A stretch of 35,184 nucleotides of DNA, taken from positions 1-35,184 of the forward strand of contig JAUYDN010000099.1 in the NCBI GenBank assembly GCA_030691775.1. Direction: 5' to 3'. Positions 25,570 through 35,184 of this stretch are shown piece by piece; the stretch's first letter is position 1, and every line of letters begins with the position of its first letter. The notes below the pieces were generated by a model. That model made no database searches, was not told where the DNA came from, and worked only from the letters and a program-made list of their open reading frames with translations. The translations under genes were made by a program, and so were the position numbers. The DNA is from Dehalococcoidia bacterium. GTDB lineage: Bacteria > Chloroflexota > Dehalococcoidia > Dehalococcoidales > Fen-1064.

Positions 25570-26546
25570 GTTGTAAATATTGCTTATCTGAGAACATAAT
25601 CAAATACGGCAAGTACAAAGATACCCAATACTACTACTGTAACGACTGCAAACGTAAGTTCTCTAATCCCGATGCTATCCCCAAGATGCAGTACTCCACG
25701 TCCAAAGTAGCCGATGCTATCTCAATGTACTTTGAGGGTATGAGTCTCAAAGAGATACGGCGCAATTTCATACAACAACATAACGACTACATCTCGGACG
25801 TAACAGTCCTGAACTGGGTAAACCGATTTACGGACTTGGCTGTGACCGAGTCAAAAAAGCATTATCCCAATGTTGGTTCAGTTTGGATTGCCGATGAGAC
25901 TGTTTTGGACATTGACGGTAAAAATATCTGGCTGTGGGACATCATAGATTCTGATACCAGATTCCTGATAGCCACTCATATGTCATACACTCGCACTTCC
26001 AAAGATGCTGAACAGCTAATGAAGTTGGCTTACGAGCGAACGGGTAAAATGCCACGAATCATTTACACAGATAAGCTCAGAGCCTACTTGGAAGGGATTG
26101 AGCGGATATTCGGAGCAGACACAACTCACAAGCAAGGTGCTCCGTTTGATGTGGAAAACAATACCAACTATATTGAGCGGTTTCACGGTACAATCAAGTC
26201 CCGCACAAAGGTGATGCGTGGGTTGCACACTGAGGGGTCTGCTAGAAAGTACCTTGACGGCTGGCTGGTTCACTACAACTTTTTCCGTCCACATATGAGT
26301 CTCAATGACCAGACTCCAGCGAGTGTAGCTGGTATCAAGTTCCCTCTCCGAAATTGGAAGGATGTTTGTGAGCAACCTTACGAAGTAACAGCCAGAATAC
26401 CAATTAAGGCTAGTGTGCCGATACCAGAGACTACGTTACCGAGTGTGGGCATCAAGACTGTCACCAAGCGTAAGAAACTTGTTAAGCGCGGGTTTCACAG
26501 TCGGAAAAAGATAGAAACCAGCCTGTCTCAAATGAGGGTAAAATGA
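25566..26546 (+). CDS. IS6/IS240-family DDE transposase with N-terminal Zn ribbon
   Basis: CKYC...CNDC, WIADET, IYTDK, NYIERFHGTIKSR and YNFFRPH. Confidence 0.85.
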   Translation: MSCKYCLSENIIKYGKYKDTQYYYCNDCKRKFSNPDAIPKMQYSTSKVADAISMYFEGMSLKEIRRNFIQQHNDYISDVTVLNWVNRFTDLAVTESKKHYPNVGSVWIADETVLDIDGKNIWLWDIIDSDTRFLIATHMSYTRTSKDAEQLMKLAYERTGKMPRIIYTDKLRAYLEGIERIFGADTTHKQGAPFDVENNTNYIERFHGTIKSRTKVMRGLHTEGSARKYLDGWLVHYNFFRPHMSLNDQTPASVAGIKFPLRNWKDVCEQPYEVTARIPIKASVPIPETTLPSVGIKTVTKRKKLVKRGFHSRKKIETSLSQMRVK

Positions 26547-26680
26547 GGCAAGAACAACTAAGATTCAGTAGAACCCAGGATAAAACGACGCCACGAAATG
26601 CTGTGATTGAAAGGAGGGATTAAAGCGAGAGGATCCCAACCAATTGGCACTAAATTTATCCAATAAGAAGGAGGTTTTAA

Positions 26681-27487
26681 ATGGTGTCAACCAAGAAGGA
26701 ATACAAGCTTGTCATTCTGGAGAAAAAGGGAAACATCGCGACCATCACGTTCAACCGCCCAGAGAAACTGAATGCCTTGAATCCTCAAATGAGACAAGAT
26801 TTCACTGACGCACTGGTTGAAGTGGATAATGACCCTACAATCAAATGTCTGATCGTGACAGGGAAAGGCCGAGGTTTCTTCGCCGGGGTCGACTACCGAG
26901 AAGGATTCAAAGCTGGCATTGAGGAAAGGAAGAGGGAAGGTATTGATCCAACGAGGGGGTGGGGAATAGCCCCCCGACGTTCAGTGCAACTCGAGCAAAT
27001 GAAAGTGCCAGTTATCGCCGCGGTTAACGGCATTTCTGTAGGCGCCGGTTGCACCTTTCTCTGTCATGCCGACATCGTCATCGCCTCAGAGGAAGCCACT
27101 TTCAGCTTCAGGTTCTCAAAGATAGGCTTGATTCTCGAGTGGGGCTCTACTTATTATTTGCCACGCATGATCGGAATCCGTAAAGCGGCCGAATTGGCTT
27201 ATACAGCTAGGTGGTTTGATGCAAAAGAGGCTTTGGAGATCGGTTGGGTGAACAAGGTGGTTCCGCACGCCCAGCTGATGAAAGCAAGTTTGGATATGGC
27301 TAAAGAAATCTGCGAGAACTCGGTCATATGTAACCGGTTCAACAAGCGCGGCTTGTGGTACGGGCAGGGAGCTAGTCTGGAACAAGCACAGATGTTTGAA
27401 TCTTTTGGATTGAGTCATGTAAGCAATCTGCCATACTTTGAAGAGACTGTGGACGCATTCTTAGAAAAGCGACCACCCAAGAGATAG
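26681..27487 (+). CDS. Enoyl-CoA hydratase/isomerase (crotonase) family protein
   Basis: NRPEKLNAL, FFAGVD, PVIAAVNG and AKEALEIGWVNKVVP; AAGGAGG RBS. Confidence 0.92.
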   Translation: MVSTKKEYKLVILEKKGNIATITFNRPEKLNALNPQMRQDFTDALVEVDNDPTIKCLIVTGKGRGFFAGVDYREGFKAGIEERKREGIDPTRGWGIAPRRSVQLEQMKVPVIAAVNGISVGAGCTFLCHADIVIASEEATFSFRFSKIGLILEWGSTYYLPRMIGIRKAAELAYTARWFDAKEALEIGWVNKVVPHAQLMKASLDMAKEICENSVICNRFNKRGLWYGQGASLEQAQMFESFGLSHVSNLPYFEETVDAFLEKRPPKR

Positions 27488-27580
27488 GCGACTCCTTCTT
27501 GCGTCTTGCGCAAGCAGTGTGTCCAATCTGTGAAACACAAACGTCACCAGGAAGTTGTCCGGTGACACAGGAAGTTATGA

Positions 27581-28531
27581 ATGTATGCGTATATCGTTAG
27601 ACGGCTCTTACTAATAGTACCCACGATTATCCTGGTGACGTTTGTTGTCTTTTTTCTCATTCGATTGATTCCGGGGAACGTCGTTGATTTACTTGCAGCA
27701 CGTAATATTGGCGCTGAGGACGTAGACGTCGAGAAGCTGAGGAATATGCTCGGACTCGATGTGCCCATCCACCTGCAATATGTGCGATGGGTTGGTAACC
27801 TCTTACAGGGAGACTTGGGATCATCACTCTGGACGCGCCGGCCGCTTGTCGAGGAGATAAAAGCACGTCTTCCCGTGAGCATTGAACTTGGCATACTGGC
27901 GATAGTTATCGGACAGCTAGTGGCTATTCCGGTGGGCGTGCTTTCGGCTGTGCGCCAGGATACTGGCGCAGACTATATTGGAAGAAGTGCGGCGATTCTT
28001 TTCATGTGTGTCCCGAGTTTCTGGTTAGCAACTTTAGTAATGGTGTTTCCGTCTATATGGTGGCAATGGACTCCACCTCTTGAGTTCGTTGCGCTTACCC
28101 AAGATCCGTTAGGTAATCTGAAGGGGATAATCATACCTGCTTTAATAATGGGTTTGGCAGCTTCTGGAACGTCCATGAGGATGGTGCGTACCATGATGCT
28201 GGAAACCCTAAAACAAGACTATATCAGGACAGCGTGGGCAAAAGGGCTCAAGGAGCGGACTGTGGTTGCGAGGCATGCGATGAAGAATGCACTCATGCCA
28301 GTTATCACGATGATAGGAATGAATATTCCAGTGCTGATATCGGGCACGGTTATCATTGAGCAGATTTTTAACTTGCCCGGGATGGGCCGGCTGCTCGTAG
28401 ATGCTTTGACCAAGAGGGATTACCCGATAATCTCCGGTGCTAATCTGTTTGTCGCCGGGTTTGTGCTCCTATGCAATCTGTCTGTTGACATCACATACGG
28501 GTACTTAGATCCTAGGATTCATTACAGGTAG
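27581..28531 (+). CDS. Dpp/Opp-type ABC transporter permease (DppB-like)
   Basis: YIVRRLL, GDLGSS, EAA-loop DYIRTAWAKGL and RDYP. Confidence 0.92.
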   Translation: MYAYIVRRLLLIVPTIILVTFVVFFLIRLIPGNVVDLLAARNIGAEDVDVEKLRNMLGLDVPIHLQYVRWVGNLLQGDLGSSLWTRRPLVEEIKARLPVSIELGILAIVIGQLVAIPVGVLSAVRQDTGADYIGRSAAILFMCVPSFWLATLVMVFPSIWWQWTPPLEFVALTQDPLGNLKGIIIPALIMGLAASGTSMRMVRTMMLETLKQDYIRTAWAKGLKERTVVARHAMKNALMPVITMIGMNIPVLISGTVIIEQIFNLPGMGRLLVDALTKRDYPIISGANLFVAGFVLLCNLSVDITYGYLDPRIHYR

Positions 28532-28543
28532 AGCGAGAGTCGA

Positions 28544-29497
28544 ATGACTGAGGCAATTCCAACCATGGAATCCGTCGAACGCAAAACAAAGAGACGCTCG
28601 TCTTTTTGGGTAGAGCTGTTTGTAAGGTTGCTGAGGGAAAAACCCCTAGGCAGTGTGGGCGGTGCGATCGCGCTAGTGATGTTTCTCGTTGGCATCTTCG
28701 CCACGTTTATAGCACCTTACGGAATGAACGAAGTCCATCTAGGCGACTCGTTGCAGTCTTCCACCGCGAAGCATCTAATGGGGACCGATCAGATGGGTAG
28801 AGATATCCTTAGCCGTGTCATATACGGGGCTCAGATCTCGATGATCGTCGGTGTCGGAGCTACAGCCATCAACACCCTAGTATCTCTATTGATCGGCGTT
28901 ACCTCGGGCTTCATCGGTGGTAAGTTGGATCTGATAGTGCAAAGGTTCGTGGACACATGGATGTGTTTTCCTGCGTTGATCATGTATCTGAGCGTAATGT
29001 CGCTCACTGGTCCTGGCCTTACGCAGGTAGTCGTGGTGCTTGGTGTGGCTGGAGGAATCGCCGGCTCGAGAACGATTCGAAGCGTCGTCATGGGAATCAG
29101 GCGCAATGTCTATATAGACGCCGCCCAGGTCGCCGGTTGCTCGACCCTAACCACTCTCGTCAAGCATATACTTCCGAACATCATGCCGGTAATCATAATC
29201 GTATCGAGTACACATGTGGTTGGCGCGATTCTTGGCGAAGCGAGCCTGAGCTTTCTCGGTTTTGGAGTACCGCCTCCCGTCCCGAGTTGGGGAGGGATGC
29301 TCAGCGGTGAAGGCCGCCGCTACATGAGTGTAGCCCCGTGGATGGCGCTTTGGCCTGGCTTGGCGCTGAGCGTAACTGTCTACGGAGTAAACATGTTTGG
29401 AGACGCTCTTCGTGATCTTCTTGATCCGCGGTTGAGGGGCGGTCTTGGCCGGTACTCCACCACGAGTATGAGAAGAAAGAGAGGAGGACATATGTAG
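28544..29497 (+). CDS. Dpp/Opp-type ABC transporter permease (DppC-like)
   Basis: HLMGTDQMGRDILSR, HILPN, EASLSFLGFG and GDALRDLLDPR. Confidence 0.92.
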   Translation: MTEAIPTMESVERKTKRRSSFWVELFVRLLREKPLGSVGGAIALVMFLVGIFATFIAPYGMNEVHLGDSLQSSTAKHLMGTDQMGRDILSRVIYGAQISMIVGVGATAINTLVSLLIGVTSGFIGGKLDLIVQRFVDTWMCFPALIMYLSVMSLTGPGLTQVVVVLGVAGGIAGSRTIRSVVMGIRRNVYIDAAQVAGCSTLTTLVKHILPNIMPVIIIVSSTHVVGAILGEASLSFLGFGVPPPVPSWGGMLSGEGRRYMSVAPWMALWPGLALSVTVYGVNMFGDALRDLLDPRLRGGLGRYSTTSMRRKRGGHM

Positions 29498-29593
29498 TGC
29501 CAATAATTCTGGAGATTATCTGCTTCAAAGTCCCCAACGCTAGTGGTAGAATCACGAACCAAACTAAAAGTCGATAAGAAAAGGAGGTGCTCC

Positions 29594-31396
29594 GTGCACA
29601 GACAACTAGTGGCCATAGCAGGTATCATGGTGGCAATCGCGATCATGGTGGTAGCTTGTGAACCACGCACCGAATCGCCCATCACTACCACAGAGACACA
29701 AACACCTCAGTCAACCTCAAAACCGACTGAAACCTCGCAACCAACACAACCTACTCAAACGCCGACCTCCACAACGCCTTCGAGCACAGCCAGGCCGACA
29801 TATGGGGGAACTATAACAGTTGGCAATGCCGGAACAGGGTCTTTCGCTGCCCCCGGCGTAACAGGGATGGGGCAGGAATACATCCGGCAGCATCTGGTCT
29901 ACCAACCCTTAGCCCAGCCAGACTGGTCGAAGGGACCTGAAGGCACAAAGGAAATCTCGTTCAACTCGGCGTACACTCCCATGGAATACCACTCCCCCCT
30001 GTTGGCCGAAAGCTGGGAGATTCCCAACTTGGCGACGTATATTTTCCACTTACGCAAGGGAGTGCGTTTCCACAACAAGCGGCCTGCATTCGGCCGCGAA
30101 ATGACTGCGGCTGACTGGGTGTGGTCATTACAGCGTATAGGAGCCACAGCGGGCGCTGCTTTTCCAGTCCCGCCCACGAAAGTGACTGCTGTAGACAAGT
30201 ACACTCTCCGCATTGAGATCGCGGATCCAGATCCCAATGCCTTCTGGAACCTGATGTACGGTCATTTCGTTTACGCGCCCGAAATGGGGGATAGTGCAGA
30301 TTGGCGAGATGCTAATGGCACTGGGCCGTACATGGTAAAGGAAGTGGTTGTGGGGAGCTCCGCAACCCTAGTGAGAAATCCGGACTACTTTGAGACAGAT
30401 CCGCTCTATCCTGGAAACAGACTGCCCTATATCGACCAGGTAAGAGAGATCTTCATTACCGACCCTGCAACCCAACTGGCAGCTCTTCGCGCCGGTAAGA
30501 TTGATCGCGCCTGGGGAGTGGCGTGGCAGGACGCCGAACAGCTTCAAAAAACGAATCCGGGGATTCTGTCGAAGAAGGGTCAAGGGAACGCCTCGATGAT
30601 TTTGGTGTTGAGGATTGACAACGACAAGTTCAAGGACCTGCGGGTGAGGCAAGCGTTATCGATGGCGATTGACAAACAAGCGATACTTCAGCACTACTAC
30701 CGTGGTAATGCGGATTTGATTTCGTGGCCTTTACAACCCGATTCCATTAATGAGTTCACGCCATATGATAAGTTGCCAGCGGATTTAAAACAACTGTGGG
30801 AATACCACCCAGACAAGGCGAGACAACTATTGGCAGAAGCGGGCTTCCCGAACGGGTTCAAGACGACAATGTTGATGTACCCGTCTCCCTCCTACCAAGA
30901 CGTTGCAGCCATAGTCAAAGACAATTGGATAGCCGTAGGCGTGGATGTAACACTAGTTCCAAGCGAGCCGGCAACTTACTGGAACATCGTTAATGCGACG
31001 CCGCGTGGCTTCGAAACCAACATGGCTCCCTACGGCAACAGCAATCCATACAACTTCTTCAATAGATTCTACAGGCCGCCCCATAACCTCAATTGGTTCT
31101 GGACAGATAAAACCACTTTCCAGGATGATTACATAAACGAGGCTCGTAATAAGATCAATAGCACACTCGACCCAGCGGAACGTTCTAAGATGATTAAGCA
31201 ATTGGGTCTCGACCTGATGGGGAGAGTGTACGTCATACCGATGCCATTGCCTAGCAACTACACCTTCTGGCAACCATGGCTGAGGGGTTATAGCGGGGAA
31301 ATCGGCATCGGACACGTATGGGGGTATGAGGGCTTCTGGCAGTATGTTTGGATAGATCAGGACCTGAAGGCTAAGATCACAGGCGTGAAGCAATAG
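29594..31396 (+). CDS. Family 5 ABC substrate-binding lipoprotein (DppA/OppA-like)
   Basis: AAGGAGG RBS before GTG 29594; lipobox VVAC; T/P/S linker; LAESWE, LRKGVRFH, GTGPY and RVRQAL. Confidence 0.9.
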   Translation: MHRQLVAIAGIMVAIAIMVVACEPRTESPITTTETQTPQSTSKPTETSQPTQPTQTPTSTTPSSTARPTYGGTITVGNAGTGSFAAPGVTGMGQEYIRQHLVYQPLAQPDWSKGPEGTKEISFNSAYTPMEYHSPLLAESWEIPNLATYIFHLRKGVRFHNKRPAFGREMTAADWVWSLQRIGATAGAAFPVPPTKVTAVDKYTLRIEIADPDPNAFWNLMYGHFVYAPEMGDSADWRDANGTGPYMVKEVVVGSSATLVRNPDYFETDPLYPGNRLPYIDQVREIFITDPATQLAALRAGKIDRAWGVAWQDAEQLQKTNPGILSKKGQGNASMILVLRIDNDKFKDLRVRQALSMAIDKQAILQHYYRGNADLISWPLQPDSINEFTPYDKLPADLKQLWEYHPDKARQLLAEAGFPNGFKTTMLMYPSPSYQDVAAIVKDNWIAVGVDVTLVPSEPATYWNIVNATPRGFETNMAPYGNSNPYNFFNRFYRPPHNLNWFWTDKTTFQDDYINEARNKINSTLDPAERSKMIKQLGLDLMGRVYVIPMPLPSNYTFWQPWLRGYSGEIGIGHVWGYEGFWQYVWIDQDLKAKITGVKQ

Positions 31397-31424
31397 CGAT
31401 TGCTGTCTGCAAGTCTGCATGACT

Positions 31425-31460
31425 CTGGGGCACGGGGAGCTGGGTTACCCCGTGCTCTAG
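31425..31460 (+). terminator. GC-rich hairpin after the substrate-binding protein gene
   Basis: GGGCACGGGG / CCCCGTGCTC stem; no strong T-tail. Confidence 0.45.
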
Positions 31461-31649
31461 CAAAGGACCGTCAGACATCAAGTTCTAAAGGACCCGAAGG
31501 ACAGAGTTCCACGTGTTGTGCGCGTGGGTGAATGTTGTATCCTACAGCGTGAATTCAGTCATGATGGGGGCCAACCGAAGTTTGAATTGCTAAAGTGCCA
31601 CGAGCTTTGCTCGTGGGTATCTACGAGGGTTCCTAGAGGTGGTTGTCTT

Positions 31650-32903
31650 ATGAGCGATGTTCCTATAGGTATGCTGAGCCCATATCGTGTCCTGGACCTG
31701 ACAGACGAAAAGGGTTGGTTCTGTGGCAAAGTGCTGAGCGACCTCGGTGCCGACGTCATCAAGATAGAAAAGCCCGGTGGTGATCCCGGTAGAAAGACCG
31801 GCCCTTTCTTTCATGACGAGGTGGAACCGGAGAAGAGCCTTTACTGGTTCGCCTACAATACTAACAAGCGAGGGATAACGCTCAACCTGGAGAGTACCGA
31901 TGGGCAAGAGATATTCAAGAGGCTGGTGACGACCACTGACTTTGTCATCGAGTCGTTTGAGCCTGGGTACCTTGACAAGCTTGGTATTGGATATGCCCAT
32001 CTGGAAAAACTCAATCCACGTCTCATCATGGTTTCGATTAGCCCTTTCGGTCAGACTGGGCCATATTGTCATTACAGGTCATCGGATGTGGTGCTTTGGG
32101 CGTTGAGTGGGTACATGCAGCCATTCGGAAATGAAGACAGGGCTCCGCTGCGGGTGAGCCATCACTCTCAAGCATACTTGCACGCGTCAGCTCAAGCAGC
32201 GATAGGCGCGCTGCTGGCCCTGCGACAACTCAACCTCACGGGAGAGGGGCAGCATGTTGACGTTTCTATACAAGAGGCCGTCGCATGGATTGTTGACTTG
32301 CCCGTCATCGCCTGGGACATGCTGAAAGTGACCATGCAGAGGGACCACGGTCAGCACCAGAACCAGAGCCTGCGGATCCGCCAGATTTGGCGGTGTCTTG
32401 ATGGCTTCGTGTATTGGAGGTATGGCCTTGGCGCCCGCTCAACTCGCACCACTCAACCGTTCGTAGAATGGATGAAAACCGAGGGCTTCGCAGACGACTT
32501 CCTCCGAGGCTTCGATTTTGAGAAGGCTGATATCAGGCAGCTAACTCAGGGGACTATCGACCGTTTGGAGCAACCGACCGCACGCTTTCTGGCCAGCCAC
32601 AGCAAGGACGAACTGTTCAAGGGGGGCGTGGAGCACCAGGTGCTGCTATATCCGGTCAGCACGATAGCCGACCTTGCCGGGCTCGATCAGCTGTCGGCCA
32701 GAGGTTTTTGGTCAACTCTACAGCATCCGGAATTGGGTGGTTCGATAAGGTACCCGGGTCCTTTCGCACAAGCGAGTCTTACCCCACCCGCTGTGGTGAC
32801 TCGCGCACCGCTTCCCGGCGAGCACAACCGTGAGATCTATGAACTTGAGCTAAGACTGTCACAAGACGAGATCTCCAAGTTGGCGCATTCAAGGATGATC
32901 TAA
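31650..32903 (+). CDS. Family III (CaiB/BaiF) CoA transferase, subunit apparently lacking the catalytic Asp
   Basis: RVLDL, LGADVIKIEKPGGD, NKRGITLNL, GEGQHVDVS and APLPGEHN. Confidence 0.9.
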   Translation: MSDVPIGMLSPYRVLDLTDEKGWFCGKVLSDLGADVIKIEKPGGDPGRKTGPFFHDEVEPEKSLYWFAYNTNKRGITLNLESTDGQEIFKRLVTTTDFVIESFEPGYLDKLGIGYAHLEKLNPRLIMVSISPFGQTGPYCHYRSSDVVLWALSGYMQPFGNEDRAPLRVSHHSQAYLHASAQAAIGALLALRQLNLTGEGQHVDVSIQEAVAWIVDLPVIAWDMLKVTMQRDHGQHQNQSLRIRQIWRCLDGFVYWRYGLGARSTRTTQPFVEWMKTEGFADDFLRGFDFEKADIRQLTQGTIDRLEQPTARFLASHSKDELFKGGVEHQVLLYPVSTIADLAGLDQLSARGFWSTLQHPELGGSIRYPGPFAQASLTPPAVVTRAPLPGEHNREIYELELRLSQDEISKLAHSRMI

Positions 32904-32926
32904 CGCACAAGAACACGAGGCTGATC

Positions 32927-34138
32927 ATGCCAAAGAAGCTACTGGAGGATGTCAAGATTGCGGACTTCACGTGGGCCCTTGTTGGGCCAATCTCGACTAA
33001 GCCATTTTCTGACTACGGCGCCCAGGTCATCAAAATAGAAGGCAGAACCAGGCCCGATTCGAGAAGGGCCTCTGGACCGTTTAAAGACGATATCCTTGGA
33101 CTCGACCGGAGTGGCGGCTCTAACCCTTTCAGTTCAGGCAAGATGAGTCTCGGTTTGAACCTGGCGCACCCCAAAGGACTGGAAACAGCCAAGCGTCTGG
33201 TTGCCTGGGCAGACGTGGTCGTTGAGAACTTCGCCGGAGGCGCGATGGAACGGATGGGGCTAGGGTACCGAGAATTGGTGAAGATCAAGCCTGATATCAT
33301 CATGCTGAGCTCATGCATCATGGGTCAGACCGGCCCGCTGGCGACACATCGAGGCGCTGGACTTACTCTAACCGCCTTGGCTGGGTTCAACTCGATCACA
33401 GGGTGGCCAGACCGTGAACCGGTCAGCATCGGCTTCTACACCGACTTTATCGGCCCCTACTTCAACACGATTCTTCTGCTCGCGGCTCTTGACTACCGAC
33501 TCCGGACGGGAAAAGGACAGTATTTCGACGTGTCGCAGCTCGAGACCTCCGCGCACATGCTCGCACCGTTGATCCTTGATTGGACTGTGAATGGCCGATC
33601 GGCTCAAATGGAGGGGAACTCGTCGCCGTACTCGGCACCGCATGGGGCATACAGGTGTCGGGGAAACGATAGATGGTGTGCGATAGCTGTGTCGACTGAG
33701 GAGGAGTGGCACAGCTTTTGTCTTGCCATCGGGAGTCCCGGATGGACAAAGGACCGAAGATTCGGCACTCACGAATCAAGAAAGGAACACGAGACTGAAC
33801 TCGACCGACTCGTTGAATCGTTCACCGTGGCTCTTACGCCAGAAGAGGTGCAAGAGTTGATGCAGTCGGTGAACGTGCCCGCTGGCATCTTGCGTTCGGC
33901 CGTCGACCTTGTAACCGAAGATCCCCAGCTGACGTCGCGTGGGTTCTGGCATACGGTGGACCACCCTGATGTGGGTAAGTACATCGCTTGGAGAATGCCC
34001 TTCATATTGTCCAAGTCGCAGTGCGAAGTCCGGCGCGCGCCTCTTCTAGGTGAGCACAACGAATATGTGTGCAAAGAGATTCTTGGCATGTCAGATGAAG
34101 AGGTCAGTGAGCTGGTCGTGGAGGGTGTTCTCGAATAG
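32927..34138 (+). CDS. Family III (CaiB/BaiF) CoA transferase, catalytic subunit
   Basis: GAQVIKIE, ADVVVENF, YTDF (catalytic Asp position), GKGQYFDVS and APLLGEHN. Confidence 0.92.
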   Translation: MPKKLLEDVKIADFTWALVGPISTKPFSDYGAQVIKIEGRTRPDSRRASGPFKDDILGLDRSGGSNPFSSGKMSLGLNLAHPKGLETAKRLVAWADVVVENFAGGAMERMGLGYRELVKIKPDIIMLSSCIMGQTGPLATHRGAGLTLTALAGFNSITGWPDREPVSIGFYTDFIGPYFNTILLLAALDYRLRTGKGQYFDVSQLETSAHMLAPLILDWTVNGRSAQMEGNSSPYSAPHGAYRCRGNDRWCAIAVSTEEEWHSFCLAIGSPGWTKDRRFGTHESRKEHETELDRLVESFTVALTPEEVQELMQSVNVPAGILRSAVDLVTEDPQLTSRGFWHTVDHPDVGKYIAWRMPFILSKSQCEVRRAPLLGEHNEYVCKEILGMSDEEVSELVVEGVLE

Positions 34139-34219
34139 GCGGGCATGTCAGCCATTGGAAACAGCCGACACTCGACTGCCTCCGCGGAACAGTTTTCATA
34201 AGAACAGTAAGGGGTAAAG

Positions 34220-35040
34220 ATGCCTAAGGCGAAACTGAACGGAGTTGAAACTTACTATGAGGTGCACGGCCAGGGATTGCCTGTGCTATTGATTCACGGG
34301 GGTGCTGGCGGTCCTTCATCCACTCTAACCTCTGCTGTGGGTGGGTATCCGGCTGAAGTCTTCACTGGCTTGTTCCCGCTCGACCGCGTGCAACTGACCC
34401 TATACGACCGTCGTTCAGCTGGACGATCGCAGTACGTGCTGGCTCCCTACACACTATTTGACCTGGTCAGGGACGCTCATTCTCTGACAGATCTCTTGGG
34501 TGCAAAGCGCTCTGTTGTCATAGGCGACTCCATGGGCGGGCCCATTTCGATTCTGTACGCGCTAACCTATCCTCAAGACACGATCGCATTGGCTCTCGTG
34601 GAAACCAGCGCAGCCCTTATGTCCGGAACAGCGAGACCACGCGGTGGCAGCAACCTGGCTAGCCAGGTTGAAAGGGCTCGTGAGCTGGGCGACCGTGCTT
34701 TCTTTGAGTGGCGCAAAGACGAGCTCCGCCATCCTCCAGATCCTCCCGTGTTGTCCATGCGGGAGAACGAACGCGTGAGATTCAGAAGAACGTACTGGAG
34801 GGGATACCTGGAGGCTCTCTCAAGGATAAGCGATGAGGACCTGTACATCTACTCTACGGGTTCTCTCCGTAACATGGAAGCTGCGTACGGAGTCGATCTC
34901 AGGCCTCGCCTGGCGGAGCTGAGAATGCCAGTCTTAGTTGTTCAGGGATCGCAGGATGAAGCGGTGAACCCGGTATCCGCTGAAGAATTGCGCAACGGAA
35001 TTCCCCACGCGGAAGTACACGTGATTGAAGGCGGGACACA
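34220..35040 (+). pseudogene. Alpha/beta hydrolase truncated at the catalytic His (absent from the ORF track because no stop occurs in the window)
   Basis: MPKAKLNGVETYYEVHGQG, IHGG, YDRR, GDSMGG nucleophile elbow and GSQD; ends VIEGGT then Q instead of H, after which the frame runs into unrelated sequence. Confidence 0.8.
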
Positions 35041-35184
35041 AATCATCTTTGCGTATAGTCCGTTCGCCTCAAGTAGCTGTTCGTGTGTTCCGTCCTCCAC
35101 AATTTCAGAGGAATCCATAACAAGGATACGTTCGGCCAACCTTGCAGAACCGAGCCGGTGCGAAATCATAAAGGTGGTCTTATC
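35041..35184 (-). CDS. 3' part of an ABC exporter ATPase domain (partial)
   Basis: Minus strand reads DKTTFMISHRLGSARLAERILVMDSSEIVEDGTHEQLLEANGLYAKM (H-loop and C-terminal consensus). Confidence 0.8.

Noticed and set aside
29690-29800. Low-complexity ACC/CAA-rich repeats
   Set aside because: Encode the ordinary Thr/Pro/Ser linker of a lipoprotein.

Overview
35-kb bacterial window. Gene families and intergenic repeat style suggest Chloroflexota/Dehalococcoidia (inference). Left part (1-4864): a DUF362 protein, a D-2-hydroxyacid dehydrogenase, a nitroreductase and tRNA-Lys(CTT). Directly after the tRNA begins an integrated element with no capsid or conjugation genes. It carries a tyrosine integrase, a putative HTH regulator, an excisionase, a Toprim primase-AAA+ helicase, a protein ending in a RuvA domain III-like module, Zn-finger proteins and a serine resolvase. 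The primase-helicase gene contains two mirror-image TGTCAA/TTGACA repeat arrays, and the resolvase HTH seems to be encoded by a separate upstream gene. A three-gene defence cassette follows: a DUF262-DUF1524 GmrSD-like nuclease, a roughly 1430-aa adenine MTase that looks like an Eco57I-type/BREX-2 PglX chimera, and a PLD-SNF2 helicase. The cassette ends at a comM-like 'MNPCPCG' scar. Next, a small membrane gene is split at one CTAG by a 125-bp MITE and an IS5. After that come TetR, an IS6-family transposase with a passenger gene, and an acyl-CoA catabolic cluster (crotonase, Dpp/Opp-type BCA, two family III CoA transferases). The last gene is an alpha/beta hydrolase broken at its catalytic His by an antisense ABC-ATPase fragment. 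All family assignments come from motif recognition by eye; no database searches were run.
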